Origin: an uncultured beta proteobacterium
GTDB lineage: Bacteria; Pseudomonadota; Gammaproteobacteria; Burkholderiales; Gallionellaceae
Assembly: GCA_963827265.1 (NCBI GenBank)
Contig: CAWHAD010000002.1
Location: 144,030 to 208,029 of the forward strand
Direction: 5' to 3'
Length of the DNA stretch: 64,000 nucleotides
Shown here piece after piece: positions 1-9,322 of this stretch. Numbering within the stretch: the stretch's first letter is position 1; every line of letters begins with the position of its first letter. Both the position numbers and the translations under genes were made by a program. Under the pieces are notes generated by a model. The model had not been told where the DNA came from and ran no database searches. It was given only the letters and a program-made list of their open reading frames with translations.

Positions 1-1878
1 TCCGAGAAGCCGCTCACCAAGGCTCAGGCACTCCAGTTGCTGGGGTCGGTATTGCGCCTGCGCGGCTACACCATCGTCAGCGGCAGCGGCTACAGCAAAG
101 TGGTGCCGGAAGCGGAAGCCAAGCTTCAGGCAGGCCCGTTTCAGTCCAATGCCGGCCGCAGAGTGCGCGGCGACCAGATCGCAACCGAGGTATTCCGGCT
201 GAATTTCGAATCGGCCGCCAACCTGGTGGCGGTGTTGCGTCCGCTGATCTCACCCAACAACACCATCAACGCCAACCCGAGCAGCAACTCGCTGGTCATC
301 ACCGATTACGCCGACAACCTGGTGCGGCTGGGCAAGATCATCGCAGCGCTGGACGGCCCGGAGAACAAGGAACTGGATGTGGTGCCCGTCCGTTATGCTG
401 TCGCAGCCGATATTGCGGTGATGGTCAACCGGCTGCTCGAGACCAGCGGAACCCCCGCTGCAAATGCGATCAGCGTGCTGGCTTATCCGCGCACCAACTC
501 GGTCATCGTGCGCGCACCGTCGGAACCCCGCGCTGACCTCGCAAAAGCGCTGATTGAAAAGCTGGACCAGCCGACCGCACAGCCGGGCAATGTGCATGTG
601 GTCTATCTGAAAAATGCCGAAGCAACCAAACTTGCGCAAACCCTGCGCGCGGTGGTGTCGTCGGACACTTCGGTGACCAATGCGGCATCTGCATCGCCGT
701 CGGCGCCGTCATCTCTTACCCTCGCAAGGACATCGCTGCCCAGCGGGGGCTCAGCCGGATTCATCCAGGCCGACCCGACCACCAATACGCTGATCATCAC
801 CGCCAGCGAACCGGTTTACCGCGACTTGCGCAACGTGATCGACAAGCTCGATGCGCGCCGCGCCCAGGTCTATATCGAATCGCTGATCGTCGAAGTGTCG
901 GCGACCAAGGCAGCCGAGCTGGGCGTGCAATGGGCCGGCCTGTCCGGGGATGCCAACAGTACCACCCGCGTCGGCGCGCTGACCGGCTTCAACAGCGGCG
1001 GCAACAATCTGATCAGCCAGGCCGCGGCAAATGCCGCCGGTTCCATACTGCCGCCGGGAAACGGCCTGACCCTCGGCTTGTTCAACAAGACCGGTCTGGG
1101 CGCACTGGCTCATGCACTCGAGTCGGACAGCAGCGCCAACATCCTGTCTATGCCCAATCTGATCACGCTGGACAATGAAGAAGCGAAGATCATCGTCGGC
1201 CAGAATGTGCCGTTCATTACCGGCCAGTACACCACCGCGGCTTCGGCCGGCAGCTCGACTGTCAACCCGTTCCAGACGGTCGAGCGCCAGGATATCGGTT
1301 TGACGCTGCGCGTGAAGCCGCAGATATCGGAAGGCGGCACGGTAAAGATGGCGATCTACCAGGAAACTTCGGGTATCGACAGTTCCGTGAACACCGCCGG
1401 CGCCGGACTCGCCACCACCAAGCGCTCGCTCGATACCAACGTGCTGGTGGACGACGGGCAGATCATCGTGCTGGGCGGCCTGATCGACGACAACATGCAG
1501 GACAGCGTCGAGAAGGTCCCGCTGCTGGGCAGCATTCCGATCATCGGCGGACTGTTCCGCTACAAGACGAAAAACCACGTCAAACGCAACCTGATGGTGT
1601 TCCTGCGGCCGACCATCATACGCACCAACGAACAGAACGTGAACCTGGCTGCGGATCGCTACGATTACATCCGCAGTTCTGAAATCACCGGGCAAGGGGA
1701 ACTCCCGTTCCCGAGCGAAGGGCCGCAGTTGCCGCCGCTGCAGGACGGCCGCATGGTCGGCGGCCCGCTGTACAAACAGGCTGAACCTGTCGCGCCGACC
1801 GGCACGCCCCAGAACCCAGCACCGACACCAGCACAGAAGCCCGCACCGCAACAGCCTCCCGCTGCTGCGCCGCAGTAG
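1..1878 (+). CDS. gspD: Type II secretion secretin GspD (5' end outside window)
   Basis: Secretin N domains, RRAQVYIESLIVEV, LDNEEAKIIVGQNVPF, KVPLLGSIPIIGGLFR; Pro-rich tail; followed by gspE and gspF. Confidence 0.95.
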   Translation, partial: SEKPLTKAQALQLLGSVLRLRGYTIVSGSGYSKVVPEAEAKLQAGPFQSNAGRRVRGDQIATEVFRLNFESAANLVAVLRPLISPNNTINANPSSNSLVITDYADNLVRLGKIIAALDGPENKELDVVPVRYAVAADIAVMVNRLLETSGTPAANAISVLAYPRTNSVIVRAPSEPRADLAKALIEKLDQPTAQPGNVHVVYLKNAEATKLAQTLRAVVSSDTSVTNAASASPSAPSSLTLARTSLPSGGSAGFIQADPTTNTLIITASEPVYRDLRNVIDKLDARRAQVYIESLIVEVSATKAAELGVQWAGLSGDANSTTRVGALTGFNSGGNNLISQAAANAAGSILPPGNGLTLGLFNKTGLGALAHALESDSSANILSMPNLITLDNEEAKIIVGQNVPFITGQYTTAASAGSSTVNPFQTVERQDIGLTLRVKPQISEGGTVKMAIYQETSGIDSSVNTAGAGLATTKRSLDTNVLVDDGQIIVLGGLIDDNMQDSVEKVPLLGSIPIIGGLFRYKTKNHVKRNLMVFLRPTIIRTNEQNVNLAADRYDYIRSSEITGQGELPFPSEGPQLPPLQDGRMVGGPLYKQAEPVAPTGTPQNPAPTPAQKPAPQQPPAAAPQ

Positions 1879-1887
1879 CGATTCGCG

Positions 1888-3327
1888 ATGAGTAACGCCG
1901 TGACGGATGCTCGCCTGCTCCCCTACTCATACGCCCGCGACAACGCGCTGCTGGCGCAACGCGACAGCGCGTCGGAAGGTGCTGTCGAAGTCTGGATATC
2001 AGACGCGACCGCGCCGGCTTCAATCGCGGAAGTGGGCCGCTGTTTCGGACCGGTCAGGCTGAAATCGATGCCGCGCACCGAGCTCGACGCAGCCATCGCC
2101 AAAGCCTATGCCGGTTCGGGTGGCGATGCCGCGCAGGTCATCGACGAATACGAATCCGATCTCGACCTGAACAAGCTGATGCTGGACATGCCGGCGGTCG
2201 AAGACCTGCTGGAATCCGCCGATGATGCGCCGGTGATCCGCATGATCAACGCGCTGCTGACGCAGGCATTGCGCGAAGGGGCATCGGATATCCATATCGA
2301 GCCGTTCGAACAGGTTTCGGTGGTGCGCTTCCGCATCGACGGCAGCCTGCGCGACGTGGTCAGGCCGAAGAAGGCGATCCATGCCTCGCTGATATCGCGC
2401 ATCAAGATCATGGCGCAGCTCGACATCGCCGAGAAACGCCTGCCGCAGGACGGCCGCATCACGCTGCGCGTCGGCGGCAAGCCGGTCGACGTGCGGGTCT
2501 CCACACTGCCGACCGGTCACGGCGAGCGCGCGGTGCTGCGCCTGCTCGACAAGGAAGCGGGCCGGCTGGACTTGCACAATCTGGGCATGAGCCCGGAGGT
2601 GCTGGCACAATTCGACAGGCTGATCTCACAGCCGCACGGCATCGTGCTGGTCACCGGGCCGACCGGTTCCGGCAAAACCACCACGCTGTATGCCGCGCTG
2701 TCGCGGCTGAACGACACCCGCACCAATATCCTGACGGTCGAGGACCCGATCGAATACGAACTGAATGGCATCGGCCAGACCCAGGTCAACCCGCGCATCG
2801 ACATGACATTCGCCAAGGCGCTGCGCGCGATCCTGCGGCAGGATCCGGACATCATCATGATCGGCGAGATCCGCGACCTGGAAACCGCGCAGATCGCGGT
2901 GCAGGCTTCGCTGACCGGTCACCTGGTGCTGGCAACCCTGCACACCAATGATTCCGCCGCCGCGGTCACCCGCCTGCTCGACATGGGCATCGAACCATTC
3001 CTGCTGTCGTCCACACTGCTCGGCGTGGTCGCGCAGCGCCTGGTGCGCAAACTGTGCGAGCACTGCAAACGCAAGGACGGAGAATTCTGGCACGAGGTCG
3101 GTTGCGACAAGTGCGGACACACCGGCTATCAGGGCCGGGTCGGCGTATATGAACTATTGCTGACCACCGAGCAAATCCGTGCGCAGATCCATAACCGTGC
3201 TTCGGAAGCCGAAATTCGCGCAGTCGCCCAGCAAAACGGAATGCGCACCATGCGCGAAGACGGCGAGCGCTGGCTGGCTGACGGCACGACGACGCAGGCG
3301 GAGTTGCTGCGTGTGACTAAAGATTAA
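1888..3327 (+). CDS. gspE: Type II secretion ATPase GspE
   Basis: Walker A GPTGSGKTT, TVEDPIEY, LRQDPDIIMIGEIRD, CxxC...CxxC zinc motif. Confidence 0.96.
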   Translation: MSNAVTDARLLPYSYARDNALLAQRDSASEGAVEVWISDATAPASIAEVGRCFGPVRLKSMPRTELDAAIAKAYAGSGGDAAQVIDEYESDLDLNKLMLDMPAVEDLLESADDAPVIRMINALLTQALREGASDIHIEPFEQVSVVRFRIDGSLRDVVRPKKAIHASLISRIKIMAQLDIAEKRLPQDGRITLRVGGKPVDVRVSTLPTGHGERAVLRLLDKEAGRLDLHNLGMSPEVLAQFDRLISQPHGIVLVTGPTGSGKTTTLYAALSRLNDTRTNILTVEDPIEYELNGIGQTQVNPRIDMTFAKALRAILRQDPDIIMIGEIRDLETAQIAVQASLTGHLVLATLHTNDSAAAVTRLLDMGIEPFLLSSTLLGVVAQRLVRKLCEHCKRKDGEFWHEVGCDKCGHTGYQGRVGVYELLLTTEQIRAQIHNRASEAEIRAVAQQNGMRTMREDGERWLADGTTTQAELLRVTKD

Positions 3328-3343
3328 TTGTTAAGGAAGCATC

Positions 3344-4564
3344 GTGCCAGCATTCAGTTATGAAGCAGTCGATGCGACAGGCGCCAGCAAAACTGGCGTG
3401 GTCAATGCCGACAGCGCCCGTGCCGCGCGTTCCGATCTGCGCGCGCAGGGTCTGGTTCCGCTCACGGTCATCGCCATCGAGTCCCAGCTGGACGCTGCCG
3501 GAGCGACAAAACGCGGTGCATTCGGCGACCATCTTTCCACGGTCGAACTCGCGCTGTTCACCCGCCAGCTGGCCAGCCTGCTCGAAGCCAGCCTGCCGCT
3601 GGAGCAGGCATTGTCCGCGTTGCTGGAGCAGGCAGAGCGCAACTACACGCGCGACCTGATCGCGTCGATACGGGCCGAAGTGATCGGCGGCGCATCGCTG
3701 TCCGATGCGCTGGCGCGCCATCCGCGCGACTTCGCCGACATCTATCGCGCACTGGTCGCATCCGGCGAGCAGATCGGCCAGCTGGCGCGGGTACTGTCGC
3801 GGCTTTCCGACTACATCGAACGGCGCAATGCGCTGGTGCAAAAGGTCAAGCTCGCGTTCACCTATCCGGCGATCGTCACCGTGGTGGCGTTTCTGATCGT
3901 GATCTTTTTGCTGACCTATGTGGTGCCGCAGATCGTGTCGGTGTTCGCCAATACCAAACAGAAATTGCCGTTCCTGACCACGGTGATGCTGGACGTTTCG
4001 GATTTCGTGCGGCATTACGGATGGATCGTATTGCTGGCGGTGATAGTGCTGGGTTTTGCCTGGCGCCGTGCGTTGAAAAATCCTGCAATCAGGATGCGCT
4101 GGCATCGCAGGCTGCTGGATCTGCCGATGTATGGAAGATTCGAGCGCAGCCTCAACACGTCGCGGTTTGCCAGCACACTGGCGATTACCACCGGCTCCGG
4201 CGTGCCGATATTGCGCGCGTTGCAGACCAGCCGCGACACGCTGACCAATGTCGCGATGCGCGCGCAGGTCGAGGAAGCCACCAACAATGTGCGCGAAGGG
4301 GTCAGTCTGGCCCGCGCGCTGTCGGCGCACAAGCACTTCCCGGCCATGCTGATACACATGATCCGCGCCGGCGAAGTCACCGGGGAATTGCCGGCGATGC
4401 TGGAGCGCGCCGCCAACGCGCAGGAGCAGGATCTGGAGCGACGTGCGATGACCATGGCCAGCCTGCTGGAACCCGCCTTGATACTGGCGATGGGCGTGGT
4501 GGTATTGCTGATCGTGCTGGCCGTGCTGATGCCGATTATCGAGATCAACCAGTTGGTTCGTTAA
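3344..4564 (+). CDS. gspF: Type II secretion inner-membrane platform protein GspF
   Basis: FTRQLASLLEA, GEQIGQL, MIRAGEVTGEL, LLEPALIL; three TM segments. Confidence 0.95.
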   Translation: MPAFSYEAVDATGASKTGVVNADSARAARSDLRAQGLVPLTVIAIESQLDAAGATKRGAFGDHLSTVELALFTRQLASLLEASLPLEQALSALLEQAERNYTRDLIASIRAEVIGGASLSDALARHPRDFADIYRALVASGEQIGQLARVLSRLSDYIERRNALVQKVKLAFTYPAIVTVVAFLIVIFLLTYVVPQIVSVFANTKQKLPFLTTVMLDVSDFVRHYGWIVLLAVIVLGFAWRRALKNPAIRMRWHRRLLDLPMYGRFERSLNTSRFASTLAITTGSGVPILRALQTSRDTLTNVAMRAQVEEATNNVREGVSLARALSAHKHFPAMLIHMIRAGEVTGELPAMLERAANAQEQDLERRAMTMASLLEPALILAMGVVVLLIVLAVLMPIIEINQLVR

Positions 4565-4591
4565 TTTAAAAATCGCGCTGCGATTCGATTG

Positions 4592-4630
4592 CCTCCTCGC
4601 CCGCTTGCGGGAGAGGGTTGGGGAGAGGGA
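4592..4630. repeat. REP-like GC-rich palindrome (CCCGCTTGCGGGAGAGGGTTGGGGAGAGGG type)
   Basis: Hairpin CCCGC-TT-GCGGG followed by GAGAGGG repeats in the gspF-gspC spacer; related CCCCTCCC/GGGGAGGG arms at ~55429-55510. Confidence 0.6.
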
Positions 4631-4639
4631 AGGAACACA

Positions 4640-5047
4640 ATGAAACGCTGGCCACTTATCACAAGTTTTGTGCTGTTCATCGCCTTGTGCGCATCGGCTG
4701 CCTATTGGGCGATGCAATTGTTCAGACCGCCGCTGCGCGCGATTGCGGCACCGCCGCAAACCCTGCAGGCCGGTCCGAACCTGGATGCGGCGGCAGGCCT
4801 GTTGGGCGGCCATAACAAAGCGGTCGTTGCCAGCAATTATCAATTGAAGGGCGTGGTAATGGCGAGCGATCCGGCAGAAAGTGTTGCAATACTGGCGGCA
4901 AACGGCAAGAAACCGCAAACAGTCAGAACCAACGCGGAAGTCGAGCCCGGTGTCACGGTCAAGGAAGTGCAGCGCGACCATGTGTTGCTGTCGGAAGGCG
5001 GCGTGATCAAGCGGGTAGAATTACCCAAGGATGCGAAGCGCAAATGA
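4640..5047 (+). CDS. gspC: Type II secretion GspC-like protein (no PDZ domain)
   Basis: N-terminal TM (LFIALCASAAYWAMQLF), YQLKGVV..AIL, VKEVQRDHVLLSEGG; ATG at 4640 after AGGA; follows gspF. Confidence 0.8.
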   Translation: MKRWPLITSFVLFIALCASAAYWAMQLFRPPLRAIAAPPQTLQAGPNLDAAAGLLGGHNKAVVASNYQLKGVVMASDPAESVAILAANGKKPQTVRTNAEVEPGVTVKEVQRDHVLLSEGGVIKRVELPKDAKRK

Positions 5048-5110
5048 TGCCGTGCTTCATGCAAACAATTGCTGTTCCAGAAAATCCGGCGATTTTGCCG
5101 TCTGCTTTAC

Positions 5111-5790
5111 GTTATACGTTGTCTACAGAATGAGTCGAGTTCCTCACCGGGGAAGTGTCAATGACACTGGCGCATTCGCCAGTAATTTTGTTTTGTCGCG
5201 CCTCGCAGGCTTTGAAAAGGACATTCAAATCTGTCTGACTCCGATACCGTCTAATACACGGTGGGGATCAACGCACGCCTACTTCCCTGCATTGGCCGCC
5301 TGCTGCGGAACCATTGAGTACCTAACTGCTATGCATTGCGGTCGCATTAATGGCCTAGGGTGGCGCGACGTCGCCGCTTGGGCCCAAACATATTTGCCGC
5401 AGCCTGATTATCATGAGGATGCAGTGCGTATATTTTTCGAGGCATTTAGAAATTCGGTCGCGCATCGTGGTATCGCGAGCGGTATTTGGCGTGACCAAAA
5501 GCCTGGGCCAGGCCATGGGCGTCGAATCACCTGGAAAGTGCTAGCAGATGCGCGGCGCCCCGCGATTAGAATAGCCGGCGAAGATGGAACACTAACGAAC
5601 GATCCACCGTGGCCGTGCAGGTATACGCATAGGGTTCATATCCATCTGAAATCCATGGCGGTTGACATAAGAGAGGCAGCAAGACGTTACGCTATGGATG
5701 TATCGGCCAATCACGATCTTCAGAAAAGATTCACGTCGTGCATGCGAACACTGTATCCGCAATGAGAATGGCATGGAGACAACGTATAAC
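5111..5790 (+). mobile_element. Orphan integron gene-cassette-like unit (degenerate attC flanks)
   Basis: Perfect 14-bp inverted repeats GTTATACGTTGTCT (5111-5124) and AGACAACGTATAAC (5777-5790) tightly bracket one ORF and contain R'-like GTTATAC and R''-like GTATAAC; no integrase in window. Confidence 0.55.
5130..5765 (+). CDS. Hypothetical protein with HEPN-like RNxxxH motif
   Basis: ATG at 5130, 211 aa; FRNSVAHRG motif; codon usage differs from flanking gsp genes. Confidence 0.6.
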   Translation: MSRVPHRGSVNDTGAFASNFVLSRLAGFEKDIQICLTPIPSNTRWGSTHAYFPALAACCGTIEYLTAMHCGRINGLGWRDVAAWAQTYLPQPDYHEDAVRIFFEAFRNSVAHRGIASGIWRDQKPGPGHGRRITWKVLADARRPAIRIAGEDGTLTNDPPWPCRYTHRVHIHLKSMAVDIREAARRYAMDVSANHDLQKRFTSCMRTLYPQ

Positions 5791-5828
5791 TCCACTTTCA
5801 ACACAGATTCGAACGTTACGAATAATTC

Positions 5829-5853
5829 AAAAGCGCGGACTTGCCGCGCTTTT
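5829..5853. terminator. Bidirectional rho-independent terminator
   Basis: AAAAGCGCGG-ACTTG-CCGCGCTTTT between convergent genes. Confidence 0.8.
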
Positions 5854-5893
5854 CATTTGATCGAAACCAGGTGTGGCGATGCCGCACCCTTCC

Positions 5894-6992
5894 TCAGGTA
5901 CTCTGCACCACGATCTTCGGGAACGCCGCACTGTGATCTTGTGCCATGTCCGCCACCTTGACCGCGATTCGGCGCGCAATCTGCTTGTAGGTCTTGGCGA
6001 TGTTTCCCATCGGGATCGGCCACTACCGTCGGTTTTCCCGAGTCCGCCTGTTCGCGGATACGTATGTCCAGCGGTAAGCCGCCCAAAAATTCCACGTTGT
6101 AATCGGCACACATCTTCTCTCCTCCACCCGCGCCGAAGATATGTTCCTCGTGGCCGCATTTCGAGCAAATGTGGGTGCTCATGTTTTCGACGATGCCGAC
6201 GATCTTGATGCCGACCTTCTCGAACATCTTGAGGCCCTTGCGCGCATCCATCAGCGCGATATCCTGGGGTGTGGTGACAATCACAGCGCCGGTGACCGGC
6301 ACCTTTTGCGCCAGCGTCAGCTGGATGTCGCCGGTGCCCGGCGGCAGGTCCACCACCAGGTAATCCAGATTGTCCCAGCGCGTCTGGTGCAGCAATTGGT
6401 CAAGCGCCTGCGTCACCATCGGACCGCGCCAGACCATGGGCGTGTCTTCACCATCGATCATGAAGCCGATCGACATGGCCTGCAGGCCGTGATTCATCAT
6501 CGGTTCCAAAGATTTCCCATCAACCGATTTTGGTTGGCCGGAAATCCCGAGCATGGTGGGTTGCGAAGGACCGTAGATATCCGCATCCAGAACCCCGACG
6601 CGGGCGCCCTCGGCAGCCAGAGCCAGTGCCAGATTGACCGCTGTTGTCGATTTTCCGACGCCGCCCTTGCCGCTTGCCACGGCGATGATGTTCTTCACGC
6701 CTTCCACCAGCTTTACACCTCGTTGAACCGCGTGTGGCACCACTTTGCTGCTCACGTTGACACTGATCTTGCCTGCGCCCGGCAACGCCGCTTTGAGATG
6801 CGATTCAACCATTGCGCGAATCTCGTCCCACACACTCTTGGCCGGATAGCCTAGCAGAATATCCAGCGACACATCGTTGCCGCTGACCTTGATGTTCTTG
6901 ACGGACTTTCCGCTGACAAAATCTTTTTGGGTGTTCGGGTCGATCAAATTCTTCAATGCATTTTGCACATCTGTTTCGCTAAAACTCATCAC
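5894..6992 (-). CDS. apbC: Fe-S cluster carrier ATPase Mrp/ApbC (one +1 frameshift near 6004, likely sequencing error)
   Basis: ASGKGGVGKST, DADIYGPS, WRGPM, DLPPGTGD, CSKC; the native C-terminus IAKTYKQIARRIAVKVADMAQDHSAAFPKIVVQST* is in the adjacent frame. Confidence 0.93.
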
Positions 6993-7035
6993 TCACTCCT
7001 GGTTCAGATTAAAGGCTCAAGTTATTATTTTAAAC

Positions 7036-7060
7036 TATGTTGACTAAATTTATCAGGTAT
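7036..7060. promoter_or_regulatory. Putative IscR (Rrf2) type-1 operator upstream of apbC
   Basis: TATGTTGACTAAATTTATCAGGTAT matches 20/25 positions of ATASYYGACTRWWWYAGTCRRSTAT; ~45 bp upstream of an Fe-S carrier gene. Confidence 0.6.
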
Positions 7061-7069
7061 TATTTGCAA

Positions 7070-7444
7070 TTATTTTTTCGATCCCGGAAGCGGTTCACGG
7101 CTCGCTCCTGCAGCGGCCACGCGATCCAGATAATCCCGCCACAATGCGGGCTGGTATTTTGCCAGCTTAAAAAGATATTCCCAGGTATAAAGACCGGAGT
7201 CATGGCCGTCATCGAAATCGATTTGCACTGCATAACTGCCAACCGGAACGATCGCGGTAATACCGACTTCCTTTTTGCCCACCTGCAGCACCTCCTGTCC
7301 GGGACCGTGACCGCTGACGTCGGCAGAAGGCGAATATACCCTCAGGAATTCACTGGGTAGTTGATAACAGATCCCGTCGCTGAAAGTGATTTCCAGTATC
7401 CGTGACTGCTGGTGTAACTTTATTTCGGTGGGTTGCACTGACAT
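7070..7444 (-). CDS. DUF971 (GBBH-like N-terminal domain) protein
   Basis: PTEIKLHQQSRILEITFSDG, EFLRVYSPSADVSGHG, VGSYAVQIDFDDGHDSGLYTWEYL. Confidence 0.9.
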   Translation of the reverse strand: MSVQPTEIKLHQQSRILEITFSDGICYQLPSEFLRVYSPSADVSGHGPGQEVLQVGKKEVGITAIVPVGSYAVQIDFDDGHDSGLYTWEYLFKLAKYQPALWRDYLDRVAAAGASREPLPGSKK

Positions 7445-7495
7445 GATTCTGCTTTGCTCCGGTGTTGGGCAGAATTCCGCTGCCCGTGTTGAAAA

Positions 7496-7924
7496 CTATC
7501 TGCGTTTGTATAAATCATTTGCCCGCTGAACAATCAGCGAAAACGGCAAATCAGCCAGATTACCAAAGCGCTGCAGCGCGCGCTCCAGCAGAGCGGCAAC
7601 ATCGCTCACTTCGGTATTTTCATCCAGCACGAATTGCAGCCCTTTCAAGCCGCCGCACTGTATCCGCATTTCCTGGGCATGCGGCAACGGCCCTTCGATA
7701 TGCGGTTTGCCCAGAGCAAACGCGAAGCTGTGGCGAAACAGATCACGCAATGCGTTACAGCGTTGATGCGCAACCGCATCGTTGCAGGCTACGAGTTCAC
7801 GCTCGGCGATATTATGCTTCGCGGCCATCGAACAAGCCGCGCAACGGGTCAGGATGGATTTTTCAAACGGGCAATTACGCGGAAATGCCGATGTCAGCGC
7901 CTGGCGATAGGCTGCTTCATCCAT
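7496..7924 (-). CDS. Cys-rich hypothetical protein (possible metal/Fe-S binding)
   Basis: CPFEKSIL..CAAC..C..C..CGGL; tightly spaced in the operon. Confidence 0.75.
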   Translation of the reverse strand: MDEAAYRQALTSAFPRNCPFEKSILTRCAACSMAAKHNIAERELVACNDAVAHQRCNALRDLFRHSFAFALGKPHIEGPLPHAQEMRIQCGGLKGLQFVLDENTEVSDVAALLERALQRFGNLADLPFSLIVQRANDLYKRR

Positions 7925-7933
7925 GGCTTCTGC

Positions 7934-8161
7934 CTAATCATCCTGCGGATTCGGAGCGGCTTCGCGTATCTGGTTAAGCAGATCTTCGGCGTGCAGTTCC
8001 GTTTCGGCAAAGATCACCTTGATCGTGCACACCGCGTTGCCGGGAAGTTCGCTGCGCAGCTGTTTGGCACGATTCGATGCATCGCGGAACGCATCATGCT
8101 GCTCCAGCTTTTCCAGTTGCCGGATCGGTTTTTCAACTATCTTGTATACGTAGTAAGGCAT
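7934..8161 (-). CDS. Small hypothetical protein
   Basis: 75 aa, RBS, in-operon spacing, host-like codon usage. Confidence 0.7.
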   Translation of the reverse strand: MPYYVYKIVEKPIRQLEKLEQHDAFRDASNRAKQLRSELPGNAVCTIKVIFAETELHAEDLLNQIREAAPNPQDD

Positions 8162-8211
8162 TCATCTCTTCCAATAATTGGTACGGAACAGGCTCAATGG
8201 AATTGGACCGG

Positions 8212-8787
8212 TCAGGATTTGCCGGGCGGTTTCAGGAACGTAATCACGTTCGAACCGGGTGCATTCTTGGAAGAGCAACTGCCCTCGCCGACGCCGGCAT
8301 CGCGCTCCGCTTCATGCAGCATGTTGATCACGTCGACATAGTGCTTCTGCTTCACCATCATCAGCGCAGTCAACCCGCCCTCGTTGCGCGCGGTGACATC
8401 GGCACCCGCTTTCAGCAGCGTTTCGACCACCGCGGTTTCACCGTAGCCCGCCGCCAGCATCAGCGGACGGATACCGTAGCCAATCGGCATTTCCACATTT
8501 GCCCCGGCATCGATCAGCGCCTGCACCACATCGGCAAACCCCCGGTCGAGATCCGCGTTATATGCCGCTTTCATCAACGCAGTCCAGCCGCGTTCATCGC
8601 TTGCATTGACCTCAGCCCCGGCTTCAAGCAACGCCGATACCATAGCCAGATTACCGGCATGGGCAGCCAGCATCAGCAATGTGGAACCCTCGCCGTCGCG
8701 CGAATTCACATCGGCTCCGGCGGCCAGTAAGCCGCGGACAGCATCGATGTCGCCCGCCTTGACCGCTTCAATTAACCCTGCAGACAT
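8212..8787 (-). CDS. Ankyrin-repeat protein
   Basis: Repeated G-T-L/ALMxAA...LL.AGADVN units; start MSAGLIEAV after AAGGA. Confidence 0.92.
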   Translation of the reverse strand: MSAGLIEAVKAGDIDAVRGLLAAGADVNSRDGEGSTLLMLAAHAGNLAMVSALLEAGAEVNASDERGWTALMKAAYNADLDRGFADVVQALIDAGANVEMPIGYGIRPLMLAAGYGETAVVETLLKAGADVTARNEGGLTALMMVKQKHYVDVINMLHEAERDAGVGEGSCSSKNAPGSNVITFLKPPGKS

Positions 8788-8825
8788 TAAATATTCCTTT
8801 TGTGATGATTGCGAATTTACGCGTC

Positions 8826-9218
8826 TCAATTATCCTTGGCGCCCTGGTTAACCCACTTCTTCAGTATCTCTATCTTGTCCCGGGCCAGGCCGCCGCTCAT
8901 GCCGAACGGCATCTTGATGGATTCATGGACACGCCCCTCGATCACCTGGATGATGATGCTGGTAAAGCTGTCACCGGGTTTGATCACGGAACCGAACTTG
9001 GTTCCCTTCATCAGGCTCTGGTAGGTGCTCATATCCAGCCCGCTTTTTTCAAAGCCCTTGCCTCCCGGCTGGTGGCAGCTCAGGCAATAGTCATGCAGGA
9101 TGGGAAAGACATCATCCTTGTAGCTGATGTCGCCCTTCATCTCGACGGTTGAAGCCAGAGCAGGAACAGATAGCAGCGCAACAATAACACCGCCAAGTAA
9201 AGTCAAGCTTTTCATCAT
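8826..9218 (-). CDS. Periplasmic monoheme cytochrome c (planctomycete cytochrome c-like domain)
   Basis: Signal peptide, ISYKDDVFPIL..CLSCH, GLDMS, MP ligand, WVNQGA. Confidence 0.85.
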   Translation of the reverse strand: MMKSLTLLGGVIVALLSVPALASTVEMKGDISYKDDVFPILHDYCLSCHQPGGKGFEKSGLDMSTYQSLMKGTKFGSVIKPGDSFTSIIIQVIEGRVHESIKMPFGMSGGLARDKIEILKKWVNQGAKDN

Positions 9219-9322
9219 TTGCTCCTTAAAAGTAGAAATAAATAGTTATCGCTGCCTGCAGGATTTCCATTCCTTGCTCTGCGGCTCGGATGACGCGGCT
9301 GGGCTACATCCGGCGGCATCGG

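Noticed and set aside
9249-9274. Fourth ECF promoter (GGAATGGA-N13-GCGAT) before the cytochrome c gene
   Set aside because: Both boxes mismatch the three better copies
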